Positions 37,218-47,154 of a DNA stretch of 64,000 nt are shown one piece after another. Source of the DNA: Rhodospirillaceae bacterium (GTDB taxonomy: Bacteria > Pseudomonadota > Alphaproteobacteria > JAEUKQ01); the NCBI GenBank assembly GCA_016722635.1, contig JADKIX010000005.1:15484-79483 (forward strand), written 5' to 3'. The notes below the pieces were generated by a model. That model saw only the letters and a list, made by a program, of their open reading frames with translations. It made no database searches and was not told the origin of the DNA. Both the position numbers and the translations under genes were made by a program. Every line of letters starts with the position of its first letter. Within the stretch, counting starts at the first letter, position 1.

Positions 37218-38342
37218 ATGGCACTTCATAAAAAAATCGCTCGACTGATCAAAAATGGTGAATTTCTTTACTGGATTAACAAAAAATGGCGGATTTGGCG
37301 TAAACGCAAAGCTTCCTCCCTGGGCCTGCCAGCCATATCCGAAAAAGTCATCCGGCAGCCAGTGGTTGTAGACTTGCCGGAGCGCGACCCCAACAAAGCC
37401 CCTGCCGTCAGCGACCAAAATTTTCCCTATCAATTGATGGCCGCGGTGATCATTAAAAATGAAGCGCCTTATATGGTTGAGTGGTTGGAATTTCACCGGT
37501 TGGTTGGCATCCAAAAAATCATCATTTATGATAATGGCAGCTCCGATAATATTCAGGAACTTTTAAAGCCTTATATCCTAGAGGGTTATGTAGAACTGAT
37601 CCCCTGGCCCAATTTCTTATTCCAATATAATCACCAGCATCTTTGTTATGCCCATGTCGTCCGCTACACCGCCCAAATGACCAAATGGCTGGCTATTATC
37701 GATGCCGACGAGTTTTTGTTTTCCCCAACCGGCCGACCCTTGCCACAAATTTTGGCACAATATGGCGATATCCCCATCCTGGGCGCTGCCATGCGGATTT
37801 TCGGGTTTTCGGGGCATGAAAAAAAACCGCAAGGATTGGTAACCGAAAACTTCCTCTACCGCTTTGCTGACCATGAGCCGGAAAGTAATCAATACCGCTC
37901 AATCGTGCAGCCACGCTTGGTGCGCTCGATCATTAGCGCTGCACGTTACCATCATTTACTGAATAACGTCCCTGCTTATGATGAAGACCGCAACCCGCTG
38001 CATAACTGGCCAACCGAAAAACCCTTAAACAGCATTCAGCTGCGGGTGAACCATTATCTCACCAAATCACGGGAAGAATTTATGCAGAAAATCAGCCGTC
38101 AATATTTCGTGCCACTGGAAAGATATCTGAAGCGTTATAAGAAAAAATATAAAACCCAAGCACAAAAAGATCAAATTGCCGCAGATTGGGCCAAATGGAC
38201 GCAGGCATCTAAGATGAAAATGCACCAGAAGATTTTTAATACGCCGCTAGAAAATTTCGTGTTGGATCAGGAGATTTTGATGTACCAGGCCCAACTGCAG
38301 GAAGCCATCCGTCAGCGTTTATTGCAGATAGCTGATGTTTAA
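37218..38342 (+). CDS. Glycosyltransferase (GT2/GT92-like fold)
   Basis: The motif AAVIIKNEAPYMVEWLEFHRLVGIQKIIIYDNGSSDN and the DADEF acidic motif. No TM segments. Confidence 0.6.
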   Translation: MALHKKIARLIKNGEFLYWINKKWRIWRKRKASSLGLPAISEKVIRQPVVVDLPERDPNKAPAVSDQNFPYQLMAAVIIKNEAPYMVEWLEFHRLVGIQKIIIYDNGSSDNIQELLKPYILEGYVELIPWPNFLFQYNHQHLCYAHVVRYTAQMTKWLAIIDADEFLFSPTGRPLPQILAQYGDIPILGAAMRIFGFSGHEKKPQGLVTENFLYRFADHEPESNQYRSIVQPRLVRSIISAARYHHLLNNVPAYDEDRNPLHNWPTEKPLNSIQLRVNHYLTKSREEFMQKISRQYFVPLERYLKRYKKKYKTQAQKDQIAADWAKWTQASKMKMHQKIFNTPLENFVLDQEILMYQAQLQEAIRQRLLQIADV

Positions 38343-38587
38343 AACTTTTAACAGTTTGTAAGGCTTATCCGGGTTTGTTTTTTGGGGCTATTCCACTTAA
38401 GGTCTAGTGTTTATGGCAGTATTTTAGCTTCTTTAACAGCTGTTGGTGGTTACCTCGATTGAAGTGCCACGCACCATCCTTCAGGAAGCAGTGAAAATTC
38501 TTCTTTTGGATGCCATGAAGCGACTCCTTCTCTCCTACATATTGCCATCCTAGCAAACCCGCTGGATGCAATAGCCCCTAGATCCAT

Positions 38588-39856
38588 TCACCACCCGAAC
38601 GGGTTATAGTCAGCGTTGGTTTGGCCGGGGGTAGGCAACGCGCGGGTGCGGTCACGCCAGCCGACCGCTAAATAGCGGAAGGCATCGGCGGCGTGGCTGG
38701 CCCAATCATGCAAGGGGCTGGCGCGGAAGGTTTGGCCCTTATCATCCCATTCGCGTCTGTATTGCCGCAGCGCCTCAATCCCCCGCCCGCAGCGATTGAT
38801 ATCAAACTGGCATTGCGGCAATAATTGGCGCACCGCGTTAATGCCATCCTCCAGCGACAATTTGGGCACAATCCGTCCCTTGATCCCCAATTGCTTGAGG
38901 GTCTCGAGGCGGCTGCGGCCCGTGCCAAGTTCCCGTACCTCCGCATCATGGGGCAGCAAATGCTCGCCGTATTTATAGGGTTTGGCCGCCAATTGGCTGG
39001 CATAATAATCCAAGCCCACCCCGCTGGCCTCCACATAATCCACCACCGCCAGCCTTCCGGCCTGTTGCTGGTAAAACCAAATCACCGTGCTGTCGCCAAT
39101 CCCCAAATCCCAGGCCGTATGCACCGGCAAATCCGGCTGGATGGATAAGGTTGCAAGCGCCCCCTGCTGCTCCAGCCTATTCATCATTTCGCCGTAATAA
39201 GCGCCCTGCACGGCGGCTTGGAAACTGCACTCAAACTCCTGCGCGTATTGATCCGGGCTCATTACCTGCTTGGCGGCGGCCAGTTCATCAAGGGGCAACA
39301 GGCCGGTTTCACTGGCTTTCAAGCGAAAGGTAAACCAGGTTGGATCCAGCTTGGCTTGTTCATAAAGCTTGCAAAAAGCATTGCGCCCCATCGGTGTGCC
39401 GATAAAAACCACCCAGCCCTGCCGGTCGGCCAGCGACGGCCTTATCACCTCGGTCCAAATACGCGGGGACATTTGGGCATATTCATCAAGAACCACGCCG
39501 TCCAGATAAAGCCCGCGCAAGCGTTCCGGGTTATCCGCCCCATACAGGCGCACCCGCGCCCCATTCGGAAAATCCACCCGCAATTCACTTTCATGGAATT
39601 TCACCCCAGGGACAGCGCGGCTATAATGTTTGACATATTCCCAGGCAATATCCTTGGCTTGCACAAAAAACGGGGCAATATAGGCAAAGCGTGGCTGGTT
39701 GCGCTTAGAGCTTAAAGCCCCTTTAATCAATTCGTTGATGCAGGCCACGGTTTTGCCAGCGCGGCGATGGGCCACCCCCACCGCAAAACGCTGCGGGCGT
39801 TGGTGTAGGGGCTTAAAAGCCGCACGCGGGCGATAAGGAATGGTAATGGCGGGCAT
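38588..39856 (-). CDS. terL: Terminase large subunit
   Basis: 422 aa. Walker A is HRRAGKT and Walker B is VVLDEYA. The nuclease half carries WDLGIGDSTVIW and LLPHDA. Confidence 0.85.
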   Translation of the reverse strand: MPAITIPYRPRAAFKPLHQRPQRFAVGVAHRRAGKTVACINELIKGALSSKRNQPRFAYIAPFFVQAKDIAWEYVKHYSRAVPGVKFHESELRVDFPNGARVRLYGADNPERLRGLYLDGVVLDEYAQMSPRIWTEVIRPSLADRQGWVVFIGTPMGRNAFCKLYEQAKLDPTWFTFRLKASETGLLPLDELAAAKQVMSPDQYAQEFECSFQAAVQGAYYGEMMNRLEQQGALATLSIQPDLPVHTAWDLGIGDSTVIWFYQQQAGRLAVVDYVEASGVGLDYYASQLAAKPYKYGEHLLPHDAEVRELGTGRSRLETLKQLGIKGRIVPKLSLEDGINAVRQLLPQCQFDINRCGRGIEALRQYRREWDDKGQTFRASPLHDWASHAADAFRYLAVGWRDRTRALPTPGQTNADYNPFGW

Positions 39857-39977
39857 GGCTTATCATCCTTCAGGAAGGGTTGAATTAACATACAGGGAAA
39901 TAAATTTTGGATTGGTTTAGGATATCCGCGTTATCTTGACTGATAAAATAAGGGAATCCTACACCCATCTACCACAG

Positions 39978-40538
39978 CTACGATGCGCCCAAACGCAGGG
40001 CTATATATTCCAGGGTAATGGCATAGCCAAGACCACCAATGATATAAAAATACCATTTCACGCCTTTAACAAGATAGGCCTGGATAGCGGTAATCGTAAA
40101 GATCAACAAATAAACATCAAAGCGATAATGAAAGGGAATTAAAACCGCATGATCCGCGTAAGGTTGCCGATGGACACTTGTCCATTGGTAGCGCTGCCAT
40201 TCATAAATCCCGATCATCAGCAAATTAAAGGCGGCGAACAAGGAATCCGGGAAATGCCTGTAAATTTGCCAAACTGCTAAGCCACCTGCCATCAATACCG
40301 AGAAAAGAGTTAGCCACGGATGCTGGGTTGTGATGGCCAGCAAGGCAGCCAACCCTTGGATAAAACCTGCCTGCTGCCAAATATAATAATACCATCCCAC
40401 CAGGCTTAACCCGAACAACGGCCAGAAAATACCCAAGGAAACGGTTTTATCAATGAAAAAAACCGCTTTGGCCGCTTGTTTGATGTTTTTGGTTAGCTCA
40501 TCGTCCGGCTGCTGCCTCATGGCGTCCCTTCGCCTCAT
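39978..40538 (-). CDS. Polytopic membrane protein, last gene of the terS-terL cargo operon
   Basis: 186 aa with five or so hydrophobic helices. The start lies 1 nt after the stop of 40540-41223. Confidence 0.5.
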   Translation of the reverse strand: MRRRDAMRQQPDDELTKNIKQAAKAVFFIDKTVSLGIFWPLFGLSLVGWYYYIWQQAGFIQGLAALLAITTQHPWLTLFSVLMAGGLAVWQIYRHFPDSLFAAFNLLMIGIYEWQRYQWTSVHRQPYADHAVLIPFHYRFDVYLLIFTITAIQAYLVKGVKWYFYIIGGLGYAITLEYIALRLGAS

Positions 40539-40539
40539 T

Positions 40540-41223
40540 TTATGGGTAGGTCAATGGATGGGTAAAACTTTCCTCAAGCCCCCTCAAACAAGCCTGGGCC
40601 GAGTCAAAAAGACCGACGTCTTGGCAACGCTGTTTTACCTGATCACCGACCGTGGGCAGATCGTCAAATTCCAGGGGTTGTTTCATCCCCTCCTGCCAAT
40701 AACGGGCAGGCTTTATCGTCGTAATCGGCCCATCCTGGACTTCCGGTAAAAACAGCAATTGCAGTTTGCCACCCTGACCGTCATTGCCCAAAATAGCAGT
40801 ATAGAAACCATCTATTGTCTTTGGATCTACTAAAAAAGGGCGCCAGCTAAAACTGATGATAATACTCTTGGCACAAGCTTCAGGATAATTGTAAGAATAA
40901 TCGGGATAATCCAATTCTGGACAGAAACCAATTCTTATAATCGCTTGCCCCTCATCCCCGCTTTCTCGAACCTGGATACCAATGTTATTGACCAATTGGC
41001 GGAATTGTTCTTTGGTTAAAAGTTGTTGTAAAGCGGGGGCAACGCGCGGATGCATAAAAAAACCGCCTTTTTGGATGGCACCTTCATCCCAGCATTGCAC
41101 CATCATCACACAACTGATAAAGCCTTGTTTATCTTCCATTTTCACCGGTACCGCTTCTTGGGCGTTGAGATTTGGTATCCAACCCAGCAGCCAAAAAACA
41201 ACCAGGTATTTTTTCATCATCAT
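40540..41223 (-). CDS. Exported Cys-loop protein, family 2 member F
   Basis: Signal MMMKKYLVVFWLLGWIPNLNA. Motifs CVMMVQCW, IRIGFCPELD...CAKSIIISFSWRP, GNDGQGGKLQ and YWQEGM. Confidence 0.5.
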   Translation of the reverse strand: MMMKKYLVVFWLLGWIPNLNAQEAVPVKMEDKQGFISCVMMVQCWDEGAIQKGGFFMHPRVAPALQQLLTKEQFRQLVNNIGIQVRESGDEGQAIIRIGFCPELDYPDYSYNYPEACAKSIIISFSWRPFLVDPKTIDGFYTAILGNDGQGGKLQLLFLPEVQDGPITTIKPARYWQEGMKQPLEFDDLPTVGDQVKQRCQDVGLFDSAQACLRGLEESFTHPLTYP

Positions 41224-41277
41224 TTCCTCTATTAACTTCCTTGTTTGAAGAGATTCTATTGATTCGCTTTATTCCAA

Positions 41278-42618
41278 CTAGGGGAAACCTTTACTTAGTT
41301 CTTCCATACAATGATGGATGATCTTAAGATCATCTGTTCTCTGACACTTATCCTGCAACAGTTTGCTGACAGCGGGGTCAGCGGACAGGCTGACCATTTT
41401 TACCATCCCTTCCTGCCCGTAGGAAAGGTGGGTTTTACTGCCCTTTTCCACCAGCATCACCTGTAATTCGCCACCCTTTTTATTGGCGCCCAAAATGGCC
41501 GGTGAAATATCATAAAGCTGGTCACGATCGGTCAAATCCAGGGCCACTGGTTTCCAATGGAAACTGATGATCAGGCTGCGCGGGCATCCGGCCGGCTGTT
41601 GCCGTTCCTGCTGGTTGCGGGCAGAACAAAGCCCCAGCTGGATGGTGACCCGCTGCTTATCACCGTCAACTGCGGAACGCAGTTCAACACTATGTTGGAC
41701 GGCTTGGTAATCAGCCGGGCTTAAGATTTTCTTTAAGAAAGGGTCAATGCGGTCAAGCCTTAAGAAATCCCCGCCTTCCTTTGAGCCATACACACATTGA
41801 TGGCGGGCGATGCAAACACCGAAATTCACCAAATCCCAATCTTCCTGGGTTAAGCCCCCATCTTCGTCATCACTATGCCATGCCGTATAGGCCGCAGGCT
41901 GCCAGTCCGATGACCATATTTCCCTTAAGATCCCCAGGCACGTCGTAAGCTGCGCCTCAAATGAATGCTCAGGGGTATCCACCAAGCTTAAACAGGTTTT
42001 CGTTGATAGGTGATCAAGGCCCAAATCTTCCTGAAGGTAAATATATTTTTTCATTCCTTCCTGCCAATATCTCATAGAGGGCCGGCCATCTATTTTTTGA
42101 TATTTCAGAATCTGAATGAAGCCGCCCCGCCCATCGGCGCCGACCATCGCGTCGTAAAAACCCTCCATCGATATCCTGATCCGGCTGCCTTTTTCCCAAG
42201 AAGGCACCCAGGCAAAATTGAAAATATCGACCCCATCGCAATCCTTGAACCATTCAATCGGTTTCTGGTGATCGATATTAACGGGGCAGTAGCCCCAGAT
42301 ATTAATGTTTTGCTGCAGGCGCCCACGGGCTTCGGTACCGGCCCGATCTTCGATATAAAAACGCTTTTGGATGACGCCTTGCCACACACTTCTTACATCG
42401 TAATCCCGCGAATAGTCCGGATTCAGCATATGGTTCAAGGCATCCCGCACCCGCAGATTCTTGAAAAAATCGCCCTTGATGTGATCATTCGGCCAGCATT
42501 CCCCGTTGTTCATGCATTGCACGAAAGCCTCTTTATCTTCTTTGGTCACTATCGGCGCTTGTGCCAAAGCCAGTGGTGTGATCAGCAAAAATCCAAGAAT
42601 TGCTAAAATTTTCTTCAT
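41278..42618 (-). CDS. Exported Cys-loop protein, family 2 member G (two tandem domains)
   Basis: It has a signal peptide. The family 2 motif set occurs twice (CMNNGECW ... YWQEGM, then CIARHQCV ... LGLCSAR..CPRSLIISFHWKP ... YGQEGM). Confidence 0.5.
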   Translation of the reverse strand: MKKILAILGFLLITPLALAQAPIVTKEDKEAFVQCMNNGECWPNDHIKGDFFKNLRVRDALNHMLNPDYSRDYDVRSVWQGVIQKRFYIEDRAGTEARGRLQQNINIWGYCPVNIDHQKPIEWFKDCDGVDIFNFAWVPSWEKGSRIRISMEGFYDAMVGADGRGGFIQILKYQKIDGRPSMRYWQEGMKKYIYLQEDLGLDHLSTKTCLSLVDTPEHSFEAQLTTCLGILREIWSSDWQPAAYTAWHSDDEDGGLTQEDWDLVNFGVCIARHQCVYGSKEGGDFLRLDRIDPFLKKILSPADYQAVQHSVELRSAVDGDKQRVTIQLGLCSARNQQERQQPAGCPRSLIISFHWKPVALDLTDRDQLYDISPAILGANKKGGELQVMLVEKGSKTHLSYGQEGMVKMVSLSADPAVSKLLQDKCQRTDDLKIIHHCMEELSKGFP

Positions 42619-42648
42619 GTTATCTCCTAATACATGTTCGCATTTGGC

Positions 42649-43351
42649 TTATTTTCCTTTTCCAAATGCCTGTTCTAAGGCCTGCATACACTCCGCTGGA
42701 CTTTTGAGTAGGGGTTCTAAGTCCACTAGGACCTTACTACAGATACCCTTAAATAGGTCAGAGTCTTGTTTTTATGATCATTTTTTCTGCCATGCCCTCT
42801 TGCCAATACGCAGCTTCTGTGGGCGAATATACATACAGGATTTGCATCTTGCCACCCTGGCCATCTTTCCCTAACATACCCCTGATAATCGCTCGATAAT
42901 TAATAGGTCTTTCGGACCTAAAGTCGGTGCCTTCAGCGTCTTTTTCATAGACATCCCAAATTTTCCAGGAACTACCCCAACTGAAAGAAACAACCAGCGT
43001 GCGGCCGCAAGGCTGGGGCGGACAAAAACCAAAAGCCACAGCATCAATTCGGTCGTCTCTAGTAAAGAATTCCAATGCCACGCCTTTGTTGTCATCCAGA
43101 ACGTAAAGCGACACGCCTGTGTTAGCAACCAGGGCTCCGTATTCAGCCGGGGTTAAAAATTTCTTGAGTGCCGGGGCAAAGCGATCCATTTCAAAGAAAT
43201 TGGGATGCTGGCGCGCTTCCCAACATTGACCACCTATTACACATTCGAAGAACCAGTAGGATTGATACGATGATAAGCCCGTTTGCGCCTGGGCAGAACT
43301 GTAAAAAACAGCCCAAAAACCGACAATAATCCAAGTAATATTCTTTTGCAT
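42649..43351 (-). pseudogene. Family 2 member H with a 3' frameshift in an A-run
   Basis: The track ORF stops at 42758 (..YWQEGMAEKMIIKTRL). The family C-terminal motif (ICSKVLVDLEPLLKSPAECMQALEQAF) continues in the next frame to 42649. The shift is at ataaaaacaag near 42770. Confidence 0.45.
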
Positions 43352-43440
43352 CTGAATTCCTGTAGGTGAATACGGGTTAAGCAAATAAAGCGCTTCTTAT
43401 GGTAAAAGAACAAAAAATATTTTACCTGATTTGATCAAGC

Positions 43441-44004
43441 TTAACCAGCGTTTTCTTCGCCCACCAACCACTGCACCTGCCATGGTTCTGCAAGCTGCTG
43501 ATTGTCTGGCTGACCTTCCCCATCAACCAAGCCATATTTCTTGGGCGCCAAGCGGGCAATCAGCCATTTGCGGGCATCAATCCGCAATTTGGCTCGCTGC
43601 ACATGTTCGGTGTTAAAAACCAGCTGCTCATCAATTGAGCCGCGTTTAGCTTTTTTCAGCCAATCCTCCTCATTTTGATCGGCGATTGCCAAAATTTCCT
43701 CAGCCAGCAAATCCGCCTGAATTTCGCGGGCAGCGGCATATAGCTGGCGAAATTCCTGCTTGTTAGCCAGCCAATACAAAATGGTGCGGCGCACCGCCGG
43801 AGGCTCATTGCCCGCGCAAATTTGGCGCAAACTTTCCCCCTGCATCAGACGGTTACAAATATCCTCAGCCAATTTGTCATTATAAGGGCGCGGTTTTTTA
43901 CCCGTCCTTTTGGTAGGGGGTTGGCCCCCAAACAAATCGGTGGCTGGCAATGGGTCGGTTAACCCTATATTAGCCAGGGGTTTCGTCATATCTGCCAATT
44001 TCAT
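43441..44004 (-). CDS. terS: Terminase small subunit (start uncertain)
   Basis: PYNDKLAEDICNRLMQGESLRQICAGNEPPAVRTILYWL...YAAAREIQADLLAEEILAIAD is the HTH-type terS pattern common in alphaproteobacterial phages. The Met at 44004 or the one at 43989 could be the start. Confidence 0.6.
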   Translation of the reverse strand: MKLADMTKPLANIGLTDPLPATDLFGGQPPTKRTGKKPRPYNDKLAEDICNRLMQGESLRQICAGNEPPAVRRTILYWLANKQEFRQLYAAAREIQADLLAEEILAIADQNEEDWLKKAKRGSIDEQLVFNTEHVQRAKLRIDARKWLIARLAPKKYGLVDGEGQPDNQQLAEPWQVQWLVGEENAG

Positions 44005-44296
44005 CTCCTTGAACGGAACTTTGATCTTAATCTGGGTGTGGCATTCATTTTTTGAGTTTTTACGTAAGCTTTTATTTTTTTTGGGAAGGCAAGCAACAGC
44101 CAGACCGCCCGGTTGTGAAAAAACCCGCTGGCAACCGATCATCCTAAAATTTGGCAAGCTTGACCTGGGCAAGTGGGCTAATTTCAAGCAAAATTATACC
44201 TTACTGATAAGTTAAGCTTACTTTGTATTAAAAAACGTGATATGAATGGATACTATCCATTTGCTTTTACCCAATTACTTTTAAAAGGATTTTCTC

Positions 44297-44794
44297 ATGC
44301 TTGCCATATTATCAACGACGGCACGTTCCCGATTCGCCATCGCCCTAGCCTTATTCCTAGCTTATTTGGGGGTATCGCAGGCCGTTGCCCAACAACCAAC
44401 CGTACCCACGCCGCCAGTGGTTGCAACCGCCCCAACCATTGCGGACCCGAAAGTTTGGGTAGGAAAATTTTTGCAAACCTTACACAAAAACGGGGTTATC
44501 CCGGCGGTTGAAATGCTGATGAATGAAAGTTTATATAATGTTCGCAACAACAAACCTGAAATCCAAAAGCAATTGATCAACGCCTTGAACAATGCAGGCG
44601 CCTTGCTTGGGCAAATTGTCCGCACGGAAATGGTGGAAGTGAAAAATTTTGGCACAGGCCTTACCCGTTACCGCGCCCTGGTTCATTACCAACAAGGGCC
44701 ATTGCTGGTTGAAATCACCTTTCATAAGGCCGAAAAACAATGGGTGTTGATTGGTTATAATATCAATGGCAGCATCTCGGTCAGCGCGTTTTAA
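44297..44794 (+). CDS. Exported hypothetical protein
   Basis: 165 aa with signal ..ALALFLAYLGVSQAVA and a Pro/Thr/Val linker. Confidence 0.5.
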   Translation: MLAILSTTARSRFAIALALFLAYLGVSQAVAQQPTVPTPPVVATAPTIADPKVWVGKFLQTLHKNGVIPAVEMLMNESLYNVRNNKPEIQKQLINALNNAGALLGQIVRTEMVEVKNFGTGLTRYRALVHYQQGPLLVEITFHKAEKQWVLIGYNINGSISVSAF

Positions 44795-44807
44795 CCAAAG
44801 TTCTCAT

Positions 44808-44839
44808 GATCCCTGCCAACCAACAGGTTGGCAGGGATC
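44808..44839. other. Perfect 14-bp inverted repeat with a 4-nt centre
   Basis: GATCCCTGCCAACC-aaca-GGTTGGCAGGGATC lies 14 nt after the stop of 44297-44794. No T-run follows on either strand. Confidence 0.7.
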
Positions 44840-45261
44840 AATCCCACTGTTGCCCGTATCATACATGATCCTTTGATTTGCATTGCACCAACCGCATGCA
44901 ACATGACGTGGTACACGGTGTACCCGGTAATTTGACAGGGAATAAGCTGTCCGGCGCCTACACGAGTGCTAGTGGTCGGCCAATGACCCATCAACGCACT
45001 GGGAGGAGATGTTGTGCGAACCGGATCATGATGTTGAAGGTTTGACCAATTGTTTCATCATGCCAGCAAGTTCACACTTGGTCAAGCCAGGGCATGTAGG
45101 GGTTACCCGGCATATTAACCGAAAGGCAGCATCCGGGTTGGTAAGTATCTACACCGTGACACATAATGCGCACAACCCCTATTTGGTTGGCAGTACTGAT
45201 AGATAAGGGTTCAGTCACAAGATGGGTGATAGGAGGCCTAGCAATATTTTGTGCCCCAGAC

Positions 45262-45301
45262 AACAAACACCCGCCAGCTTGAAGGCCGGTGGGTGTTTGT
45301 T
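45262..45301. other. Long hairpin (14-bp stem including one G-U) between convergent genes
   Basis: AACAAACACCCGCC ... GGTGGGTGTTTGTT with a 12-nt loop, about 30 nt past the stop of 45334-47154. There is no clear U-tract. Confidence 0.5.
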
Positions 45302-45333
45302 GGTAAGTACGGGCAACTTAGTTTATCTATAGA

Positions 45334-47154
45334 CTAGTCACTGCCACCCGTGCCATTGGGCGCATTTGGTTGTAGGTTGACATCCGTGGCGGTATTGCCA
45401 CCCCGGTCTTCCATCACACCCACATCATCCCAGCTATACCCTGTATCCCAGATGTTGAGGATAATCCCCTCAAAACTAACGGTTCCCGATGACTGGGCAC
45501 CGATAACCACAGCGGTCGTACCAAACCGCCTAGTCTGGTGCGTCCCTTGCAACGTGATATTTTTCAACTCTACCGCCCCGACGTTACCGTCAAGAACGAT
45601 CCCACGTGAACGCTCGCCAGAAATTTCCATTAACCCATCTTCTATTTTGATCCCCTCTCCGCGCACAATCTCGATACCTATAGAACCACTGATCTGGAAA
45701 TTTTTGACTAAGATGTCCCGGCTACCCTCAACCACCAAGCCTTTTGACCCTTCTGACATATTAAGTTTAACATCCTCGACCACCACCTGATCACCCTTCA
45801 AGATGTTCATACCCACGGAACTTCCGCTTAACCGCAAATGATCAACATACACATTTTTGGCATATTGGACATCAAGCAAGTTTAGCTCAATCGTCCTACC
45901 TGCCCCTTCGGTAATATCTCCTAAAGTGCCAGGCGCGGCATATGTAGCGGAAAGCCCACTGGTTACACCTTGGAAAGACAGGTTTGTTCCACCCCCCACC
46001 ACCCCACTATTATTGGCCGCAATGAGCAGGTTTTGATCGGTAGCCAACGTCACCGGCCCATCGATCAGCAAGATGCCGCCATCGGCCAGCGCGGCTGCTT
46101 GCTCATGCGCCAAACTTTGGTTAGCCGCATTGACATAGCGTAATTCGGTAACCACCGCATCCGTCTTATCCCATTTCACCGCTTCTTCAATATGGGTAAC
46201 CACATTGGTAACCTCAGATCTCACTTCAGGACGGGCACGGTCTTGCAAGGCCATCCTTCTTGGGGCTTGCGATAAGAAGCGTTGACGGGGGTCATTGATA
46301 ATGGCTGCAGGCCCCAGATTTACCCGCAACCCTAAGCCAAACGAGGCAACCGTACCAATTTCGCGGTCACGCCGCCCATGGGCCGACATCGTGAATTGCA
46401 CGCCGCCAGCCAACGGCAAGGCCACATCAAGCCCAGCCTCAACCCCCCTCAGCTGTTTGCCGTCACGGTCCATCATATACACCCCAACATTCGGCGTGAT
46501 ATCAATGGATTGGAAAAACGGCAAGCGGTAGGCAATTTGCAGATCAGCGCTCCAACGGTTCCGTTCCGTAACCTGTGTGGTACTGTTGACATTCTCCCCT
46601 ACCAATATTGGTACGCAAACTTGTGGGTTGCTTGGGTTACAAGAACCCGGCGTTTTGTCACGCAGCGCCAACGCAGTTGTTTGGGTGTTCACGGATGAGG
46701 AGGATACGCCCCTCTCTTTCTGCAATACGGGGATATACCCGTTCAGGCTGATCGCAAGACCGCCCGGGATGAAAATTTCCAAGCCTGCGGTGGCCCCGTA
46801 AAAACGATTGCGGCTGTCGCTTTGACTGATATCAAAACTGCCGTTTAAGCCGATGCCCACCCCATCAACCCCCGCTGGCAAGAAGCGGTATCCCGCCCCG
46901 AACGATCCGACCGGGCTGCCCCCATGGTTGAACCCACCCCTCCACCCTCCCTCAATCATGGTATAGAACATGCCGGTGGGTGCGGAAAACAACGGCATCA
47001 TCAGGCCAGCATTCGCCCCGAACCCCCCATTGCCTTTCTCATAAATGCTTTCCAAATTTAAGCTGCCCGCGAACTGCGCCTGGGCCCCCCCACTGATTCC
47101 GACCGCGCAAACGGTTGCCAGTAGCATCTCTTTCATTCCTAATTGTTTTTTCAT
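45334..47154 (-). CDS. Inverse-autotransporter-like surface protein 1 (N-terminal barrel-like domain, C-terminal beta-helix)
   Basis: SD AGGAG before MKKQLG, plus a signal peptide. The N-terminal ~300 aa are Gly/aromatic-rich with GYRF, a CNP..VC loop and PNVGVYMMDRDGK. The C-terminus has repeats of short hydrophobic-Asn/Gly turns. Confidence 0.5.
   Translation of the reverse strand: MKKQLGMKEMLLATVCAVGISGGAQAQFAGSLNLESIYEKGNGGFGANAGLMMPLFSAPTGMFYTMIEGGWRGGFNHGGSPVGSFGAGYRFLPAGVDGVGIGLNGSFDISQSDSRNRFYGATAGLEIFIPGGLAISLNGYIPVLQKERGVSSSSVNTQTTALALRDKTPGSCNPSNPQVCVPILVGENVNSTTQVTERNRWSADLQIAYRLPFFQSIDITPNVGVYMMDRDGKQLRGVEAGLDVALPLAGGVQFTMSAHGRRDREIGTVASFGLGLRVNLGPAAIINDPRQRFLSQAPRRMALQDRARPEVRSEVTNVVTHIEEAVKWDKTDAVVTELRYVNAANQSLAHEQAAALADGGILLIDGPVTLATDQNLLIAANNSGVVGGGTNLSFQGVTSGLSATYAAPGTLGDITEGAGRTIELNLLDVQYAKNVYVDHLRLSGSSVGMNILKGDQVVVEDVKLNMSEGSKGLVVEGSRDILVKNFQISGSIGIEIVRGEGIKIEDGLMEISGERSRGIVLDGNVGAVELKNITLQGTHQTRRFGTTAVVIGAQSSGTVSFEGIILNIWDTGYSWDDVGVMEDRGGNTATDVNLQPNAPNGTGGSD

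Noticed and set aside
37083-37514. A 143-aa minus-strand ORF overlaps the glycosyltransferase start region.
   Set aside because: It overlaps the 5' end of a gene with clear GT motifs, has no SD, and its product has no recognisable features.
38343-38587. There may be a transposase or IS remnant in the non-coding gap between the glycosyltransferase and terL. A short reading MASKRRIFT.. is present, and a 13-mer ATCCTTCAGGAAG also occurs at about 39862.
   Set aside because: The reading frames are only a few codons long, there are no terminal inverted repeats and no recognisable transposase motif. A 13-mer match can be chance.
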